Assembly: GCA_964649495.1 (NCBI GenBank)
Contig: CAZYPR010000004.1
Location: 11,474-75,473 of the forward strand
DNA from: an uncultured Clostridia bacterium
GTDB taxonomy: Bacteria > Acidobacteriota > Aminicenantia > JBFLYD01 > JBBIMS01
Direction of reading: 5' to 3'
Length of the DNA stretch: 64,000 bases
The stretch's first letter is position 1. Each line of letters starts with the position of its first letter. A program made the translations under genes and the position numbers. A model generated the notes under the pieces. It was given only the letters and a program-made list of their open reading frames with translations. It did no database searches and was not told where the DNA came from. Positions 16,942 to 28,200 of this stretch are shown piece after piece.

Positions 16942-19737
16942 ATGAAAAAGTTTCTTTTTATTTTTTCTTTGATTTTTGTTTCTCTTCTTTTCATAGCGAG
17001 CTCCCATTTTAACAACCATTTCAAAACAAGATTAAAAGGTTCAATTGAGGCTAAGCTTTCTCCTGATCTTATAGATGTTTTGAACAAATACAAGGCAGAG
17101 GGGAGGTGGTCCCTACCTGATACTTATTTCCTTATTGATAAGGAGATAATTAAAAATGCAGATAGGAAAGTTAGAATACTTCAGAGAATGGAGAAGAGAA
17201 AGGCTCGCTATGAAGAAAGATTGAAGGGAAAGGGATTGAGTCCAAGGGATGGAATAAAAGGGGAAAGGAATCCATTTATTCTATCCTTTGACAAGAGGAA
17301 AGATCCTGATAGACCAGAGGCAGATATTCTTGGTGTTTTCATAAAGGTTTATGGAGATCCATCATTTCTTACCAGCTATGGCGTGAAGATAAAAACAAGA
17401 GTCAATAACATTGTAACTGCATTTGTTCATGTTGACAGAATTGAGGAGATTGCCAAAGATAGCAGGGTCATTTATATACAGCTTTCAAGACTTGCAGAGC
17501 CTGTCCTGGACAAGTCTGTCCCCGCAACCTCAGCGGATCTTATTAGAATCTACCGTGAATATGGAATTGACTCCATCGGTTATACAGGGAAAGGAGTTAT
17601 GGTTGGAATTGTTGATACTGGAATTGATTGGACTCATTCGGATTTTAAAGACCCTTTAACAGGGAAAACAAGGATATGGAGAATATGGGATCAAACTGTA
17701 GATACACCAGGAAGATACCCCTCTGATACAGACCCAGAACTTCCGACTCTAAATTATGGGACAGAGTGGACAAATTCAGATATAGACTCAGGAATATGCA
17801 CAGAGGTAGACTCTTATGGACATGGAACCCATGTGGCTGGAATCGCTGCAGGAAATGGAAGGAGTGGAGCAGTTGGTAAATACACAGGAATGGCACCAGA
17901 GGCTGATATTGTTATGGTTAAAACAACATTTTGGGACACAGATATTGTTGATGGTGTTAAGTACATTTTTGAGAAGGCAGAGGATAAGGGTGAAAATGCA
18001 GTTGTAAATCTGAGTTTAGGTTTGGGATTCTATTGGGCAGTTAGGAATGCAGATGGTTTTGATGGGACTGACCTTTTCTCCCAATCCCTCGATGGGCTTG
18101 TTGACAGGGGAAAGCTTATTGTAAAAGCAGCTGGTAATGATGGTTTGTTCAGAAATACAACACCTCCTTGGCCAGATATCCCAGGAGCTTATCATGGAGA
18201 AGGAAATCTTGGATCAACAAACACCCACTATTTGAGAATTCCCAATGCTCAGGAATGGATTGTCAGAAATCTCATCTGGTATAAACCGACTGATACCGTT
18301 AGAGTAACAGTTATTGGACCATCCTCACCTCCTAAGCCATGGATGCCTCCCAATGAGACATTTGGACCAAAGGAAACAGGTCAGTCAGGATGGGTATTTG
18401 GTTGGACTGCTGATGTATACTTTTCTCTCCCTTCAACTCCAGATCCTAATAATCTCGATAGATACGGCAGAGTATCTATATGGTACTCCTCTTACAGCTA
18501 CTGGTATTACAATTACTACTACATTGCGGGTGGAAATGACTGGAGGATAGAGATTCAGGCAGGTTCTTTAGGTGGCTCTAAAAATTACGATTACTGGGAA
18601 AAGGGCTATCTGGCTTATTATGGCTGGGCAGATGAAACCCTTGTCAATCAGAACTATCTCCACAGAAAATCTCTAACATCCGCCTCAGCAGCGAGAAAAT
18701 TAATTGTTGTTGGTGCCTACACAACAAAGAACAGATGGCAATCTATTAATGGAAATTATTACCAGTATTATTTTCTCCCATCCCTTGAACATATAGCTGA
18801 ATTTAGCTCACCAGGTCCTACAAGGGATTTGAGAATGAAGCCTGAGATAACAGCTCCAGGCTTCGGTGTTGCCTCATCCCTTTCAAAGGATTACTCTGTT
18901 TCACAAGAATGGATAGTTGAGGATGGAAAGCATGTAATAATGCAGGGAACCTCCATGTCTACTCCCCATGTAACAGGAGCAATTGCTCTAATCCTTCAAA
19001 AATATGGTGCTCTTTCCCATACTGAGGCGATAAATCTTTTACAGTCAAATTCAACCTGGGATTCCTACACTCAAATTTATGGTTCAAAGCCGAACTATGC
19101 CTTTGGTGCAGGGAAATTGAATGTTAGATTTTTAAATGAGCCACCTGTTGCAAAACTCAATGCTTCTCCGCTTAAAGGTCCCATACCTCTGAATGTCAAA
19201 TTTGATGGAAGTGCTTCCTATGACACTGATGGAATAATTGTTGGATGGATGTGGGATTTTGGAGATGGAACAATAACAAAGGGAAACATTAGGAGTGAAA
19301 GTTTGGAAGCAGGGTTAAAACCTTCCCATATTTTCAGCAAAACAGGAACATACACAGTGAAGCTTCAGGTTGAGGATAACACAGGTGATCTTTCCTCTCC
19401 TGCAACTGTTTCAATAATCGCTTTTGAAGTTTATCCTCCTGTGAATATTTCTCTTAAAAGAGACATAAATAAGAGCCTATTCCGCGAAGAAGCATACCAC
19501 ACAATTTCATGGGCAGCAAATCCTGATAATAAATATGTTACAATAGCAAAATATAATATTTACAGAAAGCTTCAGAGGGAAGGAGATGATAAATACAAGC
19601 TCATTGCAACTGTCCCTGCCAATACTTTCAGCTATTCTGATAAAAAACTTGATCCAAAGTTGAAGTTCCATTATGCCCTTACATCTGTTGACTCAGAGGG
19701 TAATGAATCCAAAAAATCCAATCCTGTTGGTAACTGA
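16942..19737 (+). CDS. Secreted subtilisin-like serine protease (S8) with PKD and FN3-like C-terminal domains
   Basis: Signal peptide. Catalytic triad motifs GIVDTGID (Asp), HGTHVAG (His) and GTSMSTPH (Ser). PKD motif WDFGDGT. A long Tyr-rich insertion lies between the His and Ser motifs. Confidence 0.85.
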   Translation: MKKFLFIFSLIFVSLLFIASSHFNNHFKTRLKGSIEAKLSPDLIDVLNKYKAEGRWSLPDTYFLIDKEIIKNADRKVRILQRMEKRKARYEERLKGKGLSPRDGIKGERNPFILSFDKRKDPDRPEADILGVFIKVYGDPSFLTSYGVKIKTRVNNIVTAFVHVDRIEEIAKDSRVIYIQLSRLAEPVLDKSVPATSADLIRIYREYGIDSIGYTGKGVMVGIVDTGIDWTHSDFKDPLTGKTRIWRIWDQTVDTPGRYPSDTDPELPTLNYGTEWTNSDIDSGICTEVDSYGHGTHVAGIAAGNGRSGAVGKYTGMAPEADIVMVKTTFWDTDIVDGVKYIFEKAEDKGENAVVNLSLGLGFYWAVRNADGFDGTDLFSQSLDGLVDRGKLIVKAAGNDGLFRNTTPPWPDIPGAYHGEGNLGSTNTHYLRIPNAQEWIVRNLIWYKPTDTVRVTVIGPSSPPKPWMPPNETFGPKETGQSGWVFGWTADVYFSLPSTPDPNNLDRYGRVSIWYSSYSYWYYNYYYIAGGNDWRIEIQAGSLGGSKNYDYWEKGYLAYYGWADETLVNQNYLHRKSLTSASAARKLIVVGAYTTKNRWQSINGNYYQYYFLPSLEHIAEFSSPGPTRDLRMKPEITAPGFGVASSLSKDYSVSQEWIVEDGKHVIMQGTSMSTPHVTGAIALILQKYGALSHTEAINLLQSNSTWDSYTQIYGSKPNYAFGAGKLNVRFLNEPPVAKLNASPLKGPIPLNVKFDGSASYDTDGIIVGWMWDFGDGTITKGNIRSESLEAGLKPSHIFSKTGTYTVKLQVEDNTGDLSSPATVSIIAFEVYPPVNISLKRDINKSLFREEAYHTISWAANPDNKYVTIAKYNIYRKLQREGDDKYKLIATVPANTFSYSDKKLDPKLKFHYALTSVDSEGNESKKSNPVGN

Positions 19738-19748
19738 GGAGGTGGAAA

Positions 19749-20318
19749 ATGAGAAGAATAGCATTATTTTTAACGCTTTCCCTTCTTTCTCTACCCTTAT
19801 TTTCCGGTGACAGATTTCTTATAGGTCTTTCAGGCGGCTACTACAATGTATCAGATTCCTCCTTCAAGGAGATTTATTCCAGTGGCTCAGGAATTTATGG
19901 ATTGGTAGCAGGAGTAAATGTATGGAAGGGGGTTCAGGTCTTGGGTAGCTACAAATTCTTTTCTGTTGACGGAAAAACAACATTTACAAAGGAAGCTCTC
20001 AAATTCTCCATGAATCCTTTGACCCTTGCACTAAGATATAATTTTGGAAGGGAAGGATGGAAATTTAAGCCCTATGCGGGTGCTGGAATAGATTTCTACT
20101 CATATAAAGAGGATGTAGTTAATGAGAGCGAGTTTATGCAAGATACATCAGACACTACTACAGGTTTTCATTTCCAGGGAGGTGGAGTTTTAAAACTAAT
20201 GAAAGGTCTTTTTATTGATTTGAACTTCAAATACACAGTTGCTGATGCAAAGCCTTATGATAAGACGATAAAATTGGGTGGAACTGAATTCGGAGTAGGG
20301 GTTATCTTTGTTTTTTGA
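19749..20318 (+). CDS. Outer-membrane beta-barrel protein (OmpW/OmpA-like small porin)
   Basis: Signal peptide MRRIALFLTLSLLSLPLFSG, alternating amphipathic strands and a C-terminal aromatic residue (…GVIFVF). Confidence 0.55.
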   Translation: MRRIALFLTLSLLSLPLFSGDRFLIGLSGGYYNVSDSSFKEIYSSGSGIYGLVAGVNVWKGVQVLGSYKFFSVDGKTTFTKEALKFSMNPLTLALRYNFGREGWKFKPYAGAGIDFYSYKEDVVNESEFMQDTSDTTTGFHFQGGGVLKLMKGLFIDLNFKYTVADAKPYDKTIKLGGTEFGVGVIFVF

Positions 20319-22587
20319 AGATTAAGCCCCCCTTTTCTATATTTATCAAAGCATTTTTCATTTCATTTAATTTCTTATCTTTTTTGAATTTTTTCAATCC
20401 AATATATAACCACTCTTTAGCTCTTTCATAATCTCCAAGTCCTGCATAGGTCTCGACAATGAAAATATATGGTTGAGGAGAATTCCAGTATTTTGGGAGA
20501 AGCTCAAAATTTTCCAATGCTTTATCAAAAAGCCCTATCTTTCTGTAAAGCAAAGCAAGATTAGTCCTTGCCATAAAATTATCTGGATAATATTTGAGCT
20601 CCTTTTCGTATTCTTCAATGGCTTTTTTAATATCTCCTCTTTTATAAGCAAAAAGACCCAAATTGAAATGAAGGGAGTGGAAGGAACCCTCCTCTTCGAA
20701 CTTTTCCGCCATCTGAAATTCTTTATCAGCAATATCCTCTCGTCCTTCTTTTAGATAGATTAGTCCTCTTATGTAGTAAGGAAGAGGAAGTTCTTTGTTT
20801 GTTGAAAGAGCTTTTTCTATGTTTTTAAGAGAGTTTTTAAAATCATTTTTATAAAAATATATTTTTGCCTTTAAAGCATAAGCTCTTCCCATGTCAGGTT
20901 TCATACTTATAGCCAAATCGAGATTTTCAATGGCTCTTTCATAATCACCTGAAGCATCAAAAATCTTTGCCATCTGAAATATTAAGATTGGATTGCTTGG
21001 ATTAAGTTCAATCGCCTTTTTATAAGCCTCTATAGCTTCTTTCCATTTCTCTAATTTTGTATATGATCTTGCGAGTAAAGCCCATGCATCTATCATATTT
21101 TTATCCTTATCAAGGACTTCCTTGAAAACATTGATAGCTTCTTCATCATTTCCAATTCTCGAAAAAAAAGAAGCCTTTCCAATATAAGAGAGGAGGTAGT
21201 GCCTATCTTTTGGATCTGGAAGCTCTAAATCATTCTTTATCTCAAGGTTTAAAACTCCTACATATCCAAGGGAATGAAGTTTTTCCGCACTCTCAGGGTC
21301 AATCTCTCCAATCTTTGTTGGAATTTCATTCTTTAAAACATTGGAAAGTCTTGTTTTCAGAAATGATGCAATGTCATCAGCTTCATTTATCAAATTCTCC
21401 TCTTCTTTTGGGTCTTTTTCAATGTCGTAGAGTTCTGGTTTTGGAGCTTTTATAAACTTGAAATTCTTATATATCAAACTCCTTAATTCAGACCATCCAA
21501 AATGGTATCTTGGGTAAAAGGTCTCACTATAAATAACTCTTTCTTTTTCCTCGGAATTGTTTTTAATTAGTTCTAAAAGGGAGGTTCCTGATGATTTATT
21601 CTCTCCAACTCCATAAAGCTCAAGAATTGTAGGATATATATCTATAAGACTCACGAAAGATTTTATTCTCACTCCTTTAAATCTATTTCCAGGGAACTTA
21701 ATGATGAGAGGAACACGGATTGTACTGTTGTATAAAAATATACCGTGTTCAATTTCTCCGTGTTCTTTGAGTCCTTCTCCGTGATCAGAGGTAAAAACTA
21801 TGAGCGATTTCTTGTAAAGACCTTGCTTCTTTAAGAATTCTATCAATTCTCCAATAATAAAATCTGAATAAGCAACCTCACCATCGTATAGATTATTTCG
21901 ATATTTGCTTTTATATGGCTCAGGTGGTTCGTAGGGTGTATGAGGCTCGTAGATATGAAAGAATAGGAAGAATTCTTTATTCGATAATGAGGAGAGCCAT
22001 TCCTTTGCAATTTTTAGAGAGTTTTCGCCATTTCTCTGAACCTCTCCCATTGAAAATTTACCAATTTTCCCTTCCATTTTATCGTCGAAAAAATCAAATC
22101 CATTAGAAATTCCCGTTTCTTTCCTTAAAACAAAGGCGGATACAATCCCAGCGGTTTTGAATCCTTTCTCTTTAAAAATAACCTGAAGAGTTTTTAAAGA
22201 TTTTGAAACCTCAAATCCAATATTGTCCCTTACCCCATGTTCAAAAGGATAAAGCCCTGAAAGAATGGAGACATGGGAGGGGAGGGTTAAAGGAACTGGT
22301 GATATTGCATTTTCAAAAATAACACCATCTCTTGCAAGGGAATCAATGTGAGGCGTTTCAATTTTATTGTATCCATAACATCTGAGATGGTCAGCCCTTA
22401 AGGTATCAACTGAGATAATTATTAAAGGGTTTTTCCTTAAAAGATTAAATTCCTTCTTGCAATTTGTGAAAAAAAATAGGGAGAAGACGAGTAAGAATAG
22501 AAACTTAAAAAGATTTTCTGAGGCACTATCAAGATTGGAATACTTCATTAATAATTTAATTCTACAAATCCAAAAAATGAATGTCAA
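20302..22587 (-). CDS. Sulfatase/alkaline-phosphatase-superfamily enzyme fused to C-terminal TPR repeats
   Basis: N-terminal TM helix, sulfatase N-domain motif IISVDTLRADHLRCYGY and ~8 TPR repeats in the C-terminal half. It has no CxPxR formylglycine motif. Confidence 0.7.
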   Translation of the reverse strand: MTFIFWICRIKLLMKYSNLDSASENLFKFLFLLVFSLFFFTNCKKEFNLLRKNPLIIISVDTLRADHLRCYGYNKIETPHIDSLARDGVIFENAISPVPLTLPSHVSILSGLYPFEHGVRDNIGFEVSKSLKTLQVIFKEKGFKTAGIVSAFVLRKETGISNGFDFFDDKMEGKIGKFSMGEVQRNGENSLKIAKEWLSSLSNKEFFLFFHIYEPHTPYEPPEPYKSKYRNNLYDGEVAYSDFIIGELIEFLKKQGLYKKSLIVFTSDHGEGLKEHGEIEHGIFLYNSTIRVPLIIKFPGNRFKGVRIKSFVSLIDIYPTILELYGVGENKSSGTSLLELIKNNSEEKERVIYSETFYPRYHFGWSELRSLIYKNFKFIKAPKPELYDIEKDPKEEENLINEADDIASFLKTRLSNVLKNEIPTKIGEIDPESAEKLHSLGYVGVLNLEIKNDLELPDPKDRHYLLSYIGKASFFSRIGNDEEAINVFKEVLDKDKNMIDAWALLARSYTKLEKWKEAIEAYKKAIELNPSNPILIFQMAKIFDASGDYERAIENLDLAISMKPDMGRAYALKAKIYFYKNDFKNSLKNIEKALSTNKELPLPYYIRGLIYLKEGREDIADKEFQMAEKFEEEGSFHSLHFNLGLFAYKRGDIKKAIEEYEKELKYYPDNFMARTNLALLYRKIGLFDKALENFELLPKYWNSPQPYIFIVETYAGLGDYERAKEWLYIGLKKFKKDKKLNEMKNALINIEKGGLIFKKQR

Positions 22588-22642
22588 GATTGTATTGTTA
22601 AAAATTATATGAAGTTATATAATCAAAAATGCGAGGTGAAAA

Positions 22643-24325
22643 ATGAAAAGGAATACAGCTATTTTAATTGTAATTTTAATTTTCACCTTTTTCATAGCTT
22701 TATTTATCCTTTCCTTAATTCTCATCCCTTTTATCCAGGAAGAGAGATTACCTGATAAAGGATTCCTTTCCTTAAACCTTTCAGGAATTATTGAAGAGGA
22801 AACCCCTGAAATTCCATTTTTAAGAGCCCCTTCTATTACTATGAAAGATATATGGGTTTCTCTCAAGTATGCCAGTAAAGATAGAAAGATAGAGGGTATC
22901 TATATTAAGCTTGCTCCCCTTAGTATTGGTCCTGCCAAGGCGGAGGAGATAACAAAAATTATTGGAGATTTTAGGAGAAAAGGGAAAAAAGTTATTGTTT
23001 ACAGTGAGATTATGGGGAATCTCGAATACATGATTGCCAGTTCTGCAGATAAGATCTATCTTAATCCCTCAGGTTTTTTAATGCTAAATGGACTTTCATC
23101 CCAGTCGATTTTTTTGAAAAGAACACTTGATAAAATAGGGATTAAGGCAGAGCTCGAGCATATAGAGGAGTATAAAACTGCTTCCAACACCTTCACAGAG
23201 GATAAATTCACTCCCGCCCATAAAGAGATGATGGAGTCTTTGATGGATAGTATTTATGATTCATTTTTAAGAAAAATTTCTGAGGGGAGGAAGAAAAAAT
23301 TTGAAGAGATAAAAGCAATAATAGATAGAGGTCCATTTACTGCTCCAGAGGCATTAAAAGAGGGGCTTGTGGATAAACTTTTATACGAGGATGAGGTTTT
23401 AAAGGAGGTCAAAGAAAAGAATCTTATAAAGTTAAAGCCTTATTTAAAGCAGGTGAGATTTGCGGCAAAGAGGAAAATTGCGGTTCTTTATGCAGTTGGT
23501 TCAATAAATTTAGGAGAGAGTGGAATTGACCCCATATTTGGTGGTTATGTTATGGGTTCTGAAACAATGAGAAGGATTATGAAGGAGATAGAGGAGGATA
23601 ATACAATAAAAGGAGTTGTTATGAGGATTGATTCCCCTGGAGGTTCTGCAACTGCATCGGATATAATTTTAAGGGGAGCAAAAAAAATTAAAGAAAAGAA
23701 GCCCCTTGTAATTTCCATGTCCGATGTGGCAGGATCAGGCGGTTACTGGATCTCAACTGAGTCAAACTGGATTGTGGCTCAACCTTCCACTCTTACTGCT
23801 TCCATAGGAGTGATCGGTGGAAAATTCAATTTAAGAGGTTTTTATGACAAAATTGGAGTCACAATGGAGATTGTAAAAAGGGGGAAATTCTCAGATATTT
23901 ACTCTGACTACAGGGAATTTACACCAGAGGAAAGGGAAAAGATAAAAAGAGAGATCCGCTGGATTTATGATGAGTTCAAAAGTAGAGTTAGTAAGTGCAG
24001 GAATATTCCCATTGAAGAGGTTGAAAGAATAGGAAGGGGAAGGGTATGGACTGGAGAACAGGCAAAATCCTTAAAGTTGATTGATCAGATAGGAGGGTTA
24101 GATGAGGCTATATCAAAATTAAAAGAACTTGCTTCCATACCTGAGAAGGAAGAGGTAGAAATTGTCTTCTATCCCAAGAGAAAAAGATTTTTTGAGAGAA
24201 TTTTCTCAATGGCTGATCTTGAATCTTCATCACATTTGAAATATACTCTCTCTCTTTTAAACTCAATTTCCCATTCAAGAGGAGAGGTTTTAGCTTTGAT
24301 GCCATTACTAATAAAAATAAATTAA
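22643..24325 (+). CDS. sppA: Signal peptide peptidase SppA (protease IV, 67K type)
   Basis: Duplicated ClpP/crotonase-like domains, catalytic-region motif MSDVAGSGGYWIS and an N-terminal TM anchor. Confidence 0.85.
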   Translation: MKRNTAILIVILIFTFFIALFILSLILIPFIQEERLPDKGFLSLNLSGIIEEETPEIPFLRAPSITMKDIWVSLKYASKDRKIEGIYIKLAPLSIGPAKAEEITKIIGDFRRKGKKVIVYSEIMGNLEYMIASSADKIYLNPSGFLMLNGLSSQSIFLKRTLDKIGIKAELEHIEEYKTASNTFTEDKFTPAHKEMMESLMDSIYDSFLRKISEGRKKKFEEIKAIIDRGPFTAPEALKEGLVDKLLYEDEVLKEVKEKNLIKLKPYLKQVRFAAKRKIAVLYAVGSINLGESGIDPIFGGYVMGSETMRRIMKEIEEDNTIKGVVMRIDSPGGSATASDIILRGAKKIKEKKPLVISMSDVAGSGGYWISTESNWIVAQPSTLTASIGVIGGKFNLRGFYDKIGVTMEIVKRGKFSDIYSDYREFTPEEREKIKREIRWIYDEFKSRVSKCRNIPIEEVERIGRGRVWTGEQAKSLKLIDQIGGLDEAISKLKELASIPEKEEVEIVFYPKRKRFFERIFSMADLESSSHLKYTLSLLNSISHSRGEVLALMPLLIKIN

Positions 24326-25242
24326 TGATTTTCAGATCTCTTTTCTATGGAATAGAAAGGGTATCAACAACAAAAAATGGGATTTTTTGGTATTTTTTTC
24401 CTAATTTTGTTTTTTCTTTCTTTATCTCCCTCTTTATAACATTGAATATTGAGCCTTTTCTTTCAAGTTCTATTGAGGGTGAGAAATTCCTTAAAGATTT
24501 CGACCCCTCCTTTTTTCAACTTATTGAATTTTCTAAACCCGATTTTTTATCCACCTCCAAGAATCTTTTAATTGTATTTTCACCTTTATTTGTTTTAACT
24601 TACATATTTCTTTCGGGTGGAGCGATAAAGCTCCTTTCAAGGGAATGGCGCTCCTACGATTTTAATTTTTTTCTTTCAGGTTGTTACAATTTCTCTTTCA
24701 GATTTTTCCGCCTTTTTATTATCTCTTTACCCTTTTATCTAATACCATTCTTTTTGATAAAATTTTACATTATACCTCATTTTGAAAAAATATATGGGGT
24801 GGAGGATGTCAAATTAATATTCTCAAAATCTTTGATCTACATTTTTTCTTTTTTTATTTTTTCCATTGTAAATCTTACTTTCGATGTTACTAAAATAAGA
24901 ATAGTCGAAAAGAATTCAGACAGTGTTCTCGCTGAGCTTTTTTATACAATAATTTACATTTTTAAAAATCTTCTTCCCACCCTTTCCCTTTATATTTGCA
25001 CCATGTTCCTGAATATTATCCCCCTTGGACTATACATTTTAATTTCTCCCTTTTTTCTTCGTTCATCATCTTCTCCCTCTATAATTTTTTATTTTGCCAT
25101 CTACCAGCTAATCCTTTTAATAAGAATATGGATAAAATTTGTATTCTGGGCATCCCAGAGAGAATTATGGTTATTTTTTGAGAGTAGGAAGATTTATTTA
25201 AAAGGAAGACCGACGAGAGAAGTTAGAAGGGCTTTAGATTAG
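24325..25242 (+). CDS. Polytopic membrane protein, unknown function
   Basis: ~8 hydrophobic segments. It shares nucleotide 24325 with the sppA stop. Confidence 0.45.
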   Translation: MIFRSLFYGIERVSTTKNGIFWYFFPNFVFSFFISLFITLNIEPFLSSSIEGEKFLKDFDPSFFQLIEFSKPDFLSTSKNLLIVFSPLFVLTYIFLSGGAIKLLSREWRSYDFNFFLSGCYNFSFRFFRLFIISLPFYLIPFFLIKFYIIPHFEKIYGVEDVKLIFSKSLIYIFSFFIFSIVNLTFDVTKIRIVEKNSDSVLAELFYTIIYIFKNLLPTLSLYICTMFLNIIPLGLYILISPFFLRSSSSPSIIFYFAIYQLILLIRIWIKFVFWASQRELWLFFESRKIYLKGRPTREVRRALD

Positions 25243-25252
25243 AGCACAAAAC

Positions 25253-28200
25253 TTGAGCTTTTTTTGCCTTTACATTTTTTCTCTAAATTGCTATCATTTT
25301 CCTATGATAACATTTGAGTTCCGTCCATTGCAGGAGCTTATAAAAAGGTACCCCTTTTTGATTTCTGAGTTATCCATAATAGAAAAGGACCCCTTTGGCT
25401 ATATCGATAGTCTTTTTAGAGCTTTCACATCCTTTCTTGGAAATCTCTGCCTCTCAGAAATTTTTTATAATGAAAGAAGTTCGGATTCTCTATCAAAATT
25501 TTTCAAGGATTTTAATTCTTTAACAGTAGAGAAATCCCTTCATCTTCAGGAAATTTACTTTAAGGAGTTCAGCACATCCCTTTTCATAGATTCTCAGAAA
25601 CTGAAGGAAAATGATGTAAAAAACACCTATCTGAAATTTTTGAGGGAACTTATTTCATCGTTTTATTTCATATCAGAAGGTGGGGATAAAAGGCTAACAA
25701 GTGATTTTATAAGGACTTTCATAAACTATCTTGGTTTTCTCTCATTCCATTTAAAGGGTGAAATTGTTCGCCCAGTTGAGGTAAAAGGAGAGATTTTTAC
25801 TCTTTTCAATTTTTCAACTTTTGAAGAGGAGATAGTAAAAACAAAGGAAAAATTCTTTGAGCAGAATCTTTATTACTGGATAAGGGAAAGGGAGGTTCTC
25901 ATTCCCCTTCATCCCTTCATTATTGAAAACTCAAAGGGTAAAGAAAGGAACATATTTTTACTAAGGTCAATAGTTGAGGGGAAAGGAGGTGTTTATTTTG
26001 ACTGGAAGAGGGGAAAGGAGATGGAAAGCGAGGATGGGAGATATGCTCTGGGAAGATTCTTCCTCTTACAATTGGATCCCTCAAGAGCACAAAAATTCCA
26101 TGAGGGGAAGAGGGAATCATACAATTATCCAATACTTTCAAATGGTTTAAAACTTATTGAGGAGAATAGATTTTCAGAGGGTATATCAGAAATAGAGACT
26201 TTTTCTACTCTTTCAGGTTCCTTTCCTTATCTCGAATTAATACTTGCGAGAACATATCTTAACATTGGAGCGGTGAAGAATGCCCTGAGAATATCATTAT
26301 CTTTAACAAATAGAGATCCTGGATTTAGCTCAGCTTTTGAGGTTCTTGGAGATTCTTATAAAAAGGATGGAAATTTCCATGAGGCTTCTCGTTTTTATCA
26401 AATATCATTAAAAATAAATCCTTACGGAAGGGCTCAGGAGAAATTGAGAAGATTGCAGGAGGAATTGCGAGCAAAAGATTCCCAGAAGGATGAGGACAGT
26501 GCAGTCCTTGAAGAGTGCCTTGTCGATCTAACTTCTTCTTTTCAGGAGCAGTATTTTCCCATAATAGGAAGGGATAGTGAAATTGAGCAGATGATTGAGA
26601 TCTTGCTCTGTAAAAAAAAGAATAACATTCTTATCCTTGGAGATTCAGGAGTTGGAAAATCTTCCCTTGTATATGGACTTGTTCAAAAAATTAAAAGTGG
26701 TGATGTTCCAGAAAAACTGAAAGGTAAAAGGATAATCCAGATCTATTTCTCACCTCTTATTGCGGGTGCAAAGTTGAGAGGACAATTTGAGGAAAGGGTA
26801 ATGAAACTCCTTAAGAGAATAAAAGAGGAGGACTGTATTTCCTTCATAGATGATATTCATACAATTTCTTCAAATATGGCTATTAAAACAAGTGGTCTGG
26901 ACTTAATTTCCATTTTAAAGCCTGCCATGGAAAAGGGAGAGATTCAGGTTATAGCCACTTCCAACTTTGAAGAGTACAGGAATTCCCTGGAAAAGGAGCC
27001 ATCTTTTATAAGGAATTTCCAGACAATCAAACTTGATGAGCTCTCGGTTGAAGATACAATAAAAGTTATTTTTAGCAGGAAGGATTCTATAGAGGAACAT
27101 CACAATGTAAGAATATGGGCGAATGATATACCGAAATTGGTAGAGAATGTAAAAATTTATCTTAGGGATAGATTCCTTCCCGATAAAGCTCTTGATGTTC
27201 TTGATAGAGCATCTTCAAAGGTTGCTCTTAAGTTTTCAAAGGGGGAGAAGGAGGAAAATTTTGTAAGGGATACTGATTTTGTGGAAGTAATTTCTGAATT
27301 GAGTGGAATCCCAATAGCAAAAATATCCACATCTTTAAAGGAAAGACTTCTGAACCTCGAGGAGACATTGAGGAAAAGAGTGGTTGGTCAGGATGAAGCT
27401 ATTGAGAATCTATCAAGGGCAATAAGAACAGCAAAGCTTAATCTCGATACCCACACAAAAAGACCTGATGGAGTTTTTCTATTTATAGGTCCTACAGGAG
27501 TTGGTAAAACAGAACTTGCAAAAGCTCTTGCAGATGCACTTTTCGGAGATGAGGATAAACTTATAAGATTGGATATGTCTGAGTATATGGAGAAGTTTAC
27601 ATATTCAAGGCTTGTAGGCTCTCCTCCAGGTTATGTGGGTTATTATGACCAGAATCAGTTAACAGATCTTGTCAGGCAGAAGCCATACTGTGTTATCCTT
27701 ATTGATGAAATAGAGAAGGCAGATCCCCAGCTTTTAAATATTTTCCTTCAGGTCTTTGATGCCGGAAGACTTACAGATGGAAGGGGGAAAACTGCATACT
27801 TTGACCATGCAACAATAATAATGACTTCCAATATAGGAACAGCCCTTTATTCAAAAGTTAATGTTGGGTATGAGAGTAGTGGAAGAATGAACAGAGTTTC
27901 AAGATCCCAGCTAATGAAGGAGATTAAAAGGTACTTCCCACCCGAGTTTCTGAACAGACTTGATGAAATTATATTTTTCAAACCTCTAACCATGAATGAT
28001 GTAAAGAAGATAGTCCTCCTTCAACTGGAAGATGTTGGAAATAGACTTTTAAAGGAAGGGAAAGAGCTTGTTATTACTGAATCCGCCATTGAAACAATAG
28101 CTAAAAACGGTTACAGCGAAGAGTATGGAGCAAGAAATATTTCAAGGGAGATAAGAAGGTCAGCCCTTGACAAAATTGCGGAACTTGCCCTTCATGAAGA

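Noticed and set aside
16818-17093. 91-aa minus-strand ORF overlapping the subtilase promoter and start
   Set aside because: It overlaps a strong promoter/RBS and the signal-peptide region of a well-supported gene on the other strand. It has no recognisable features.
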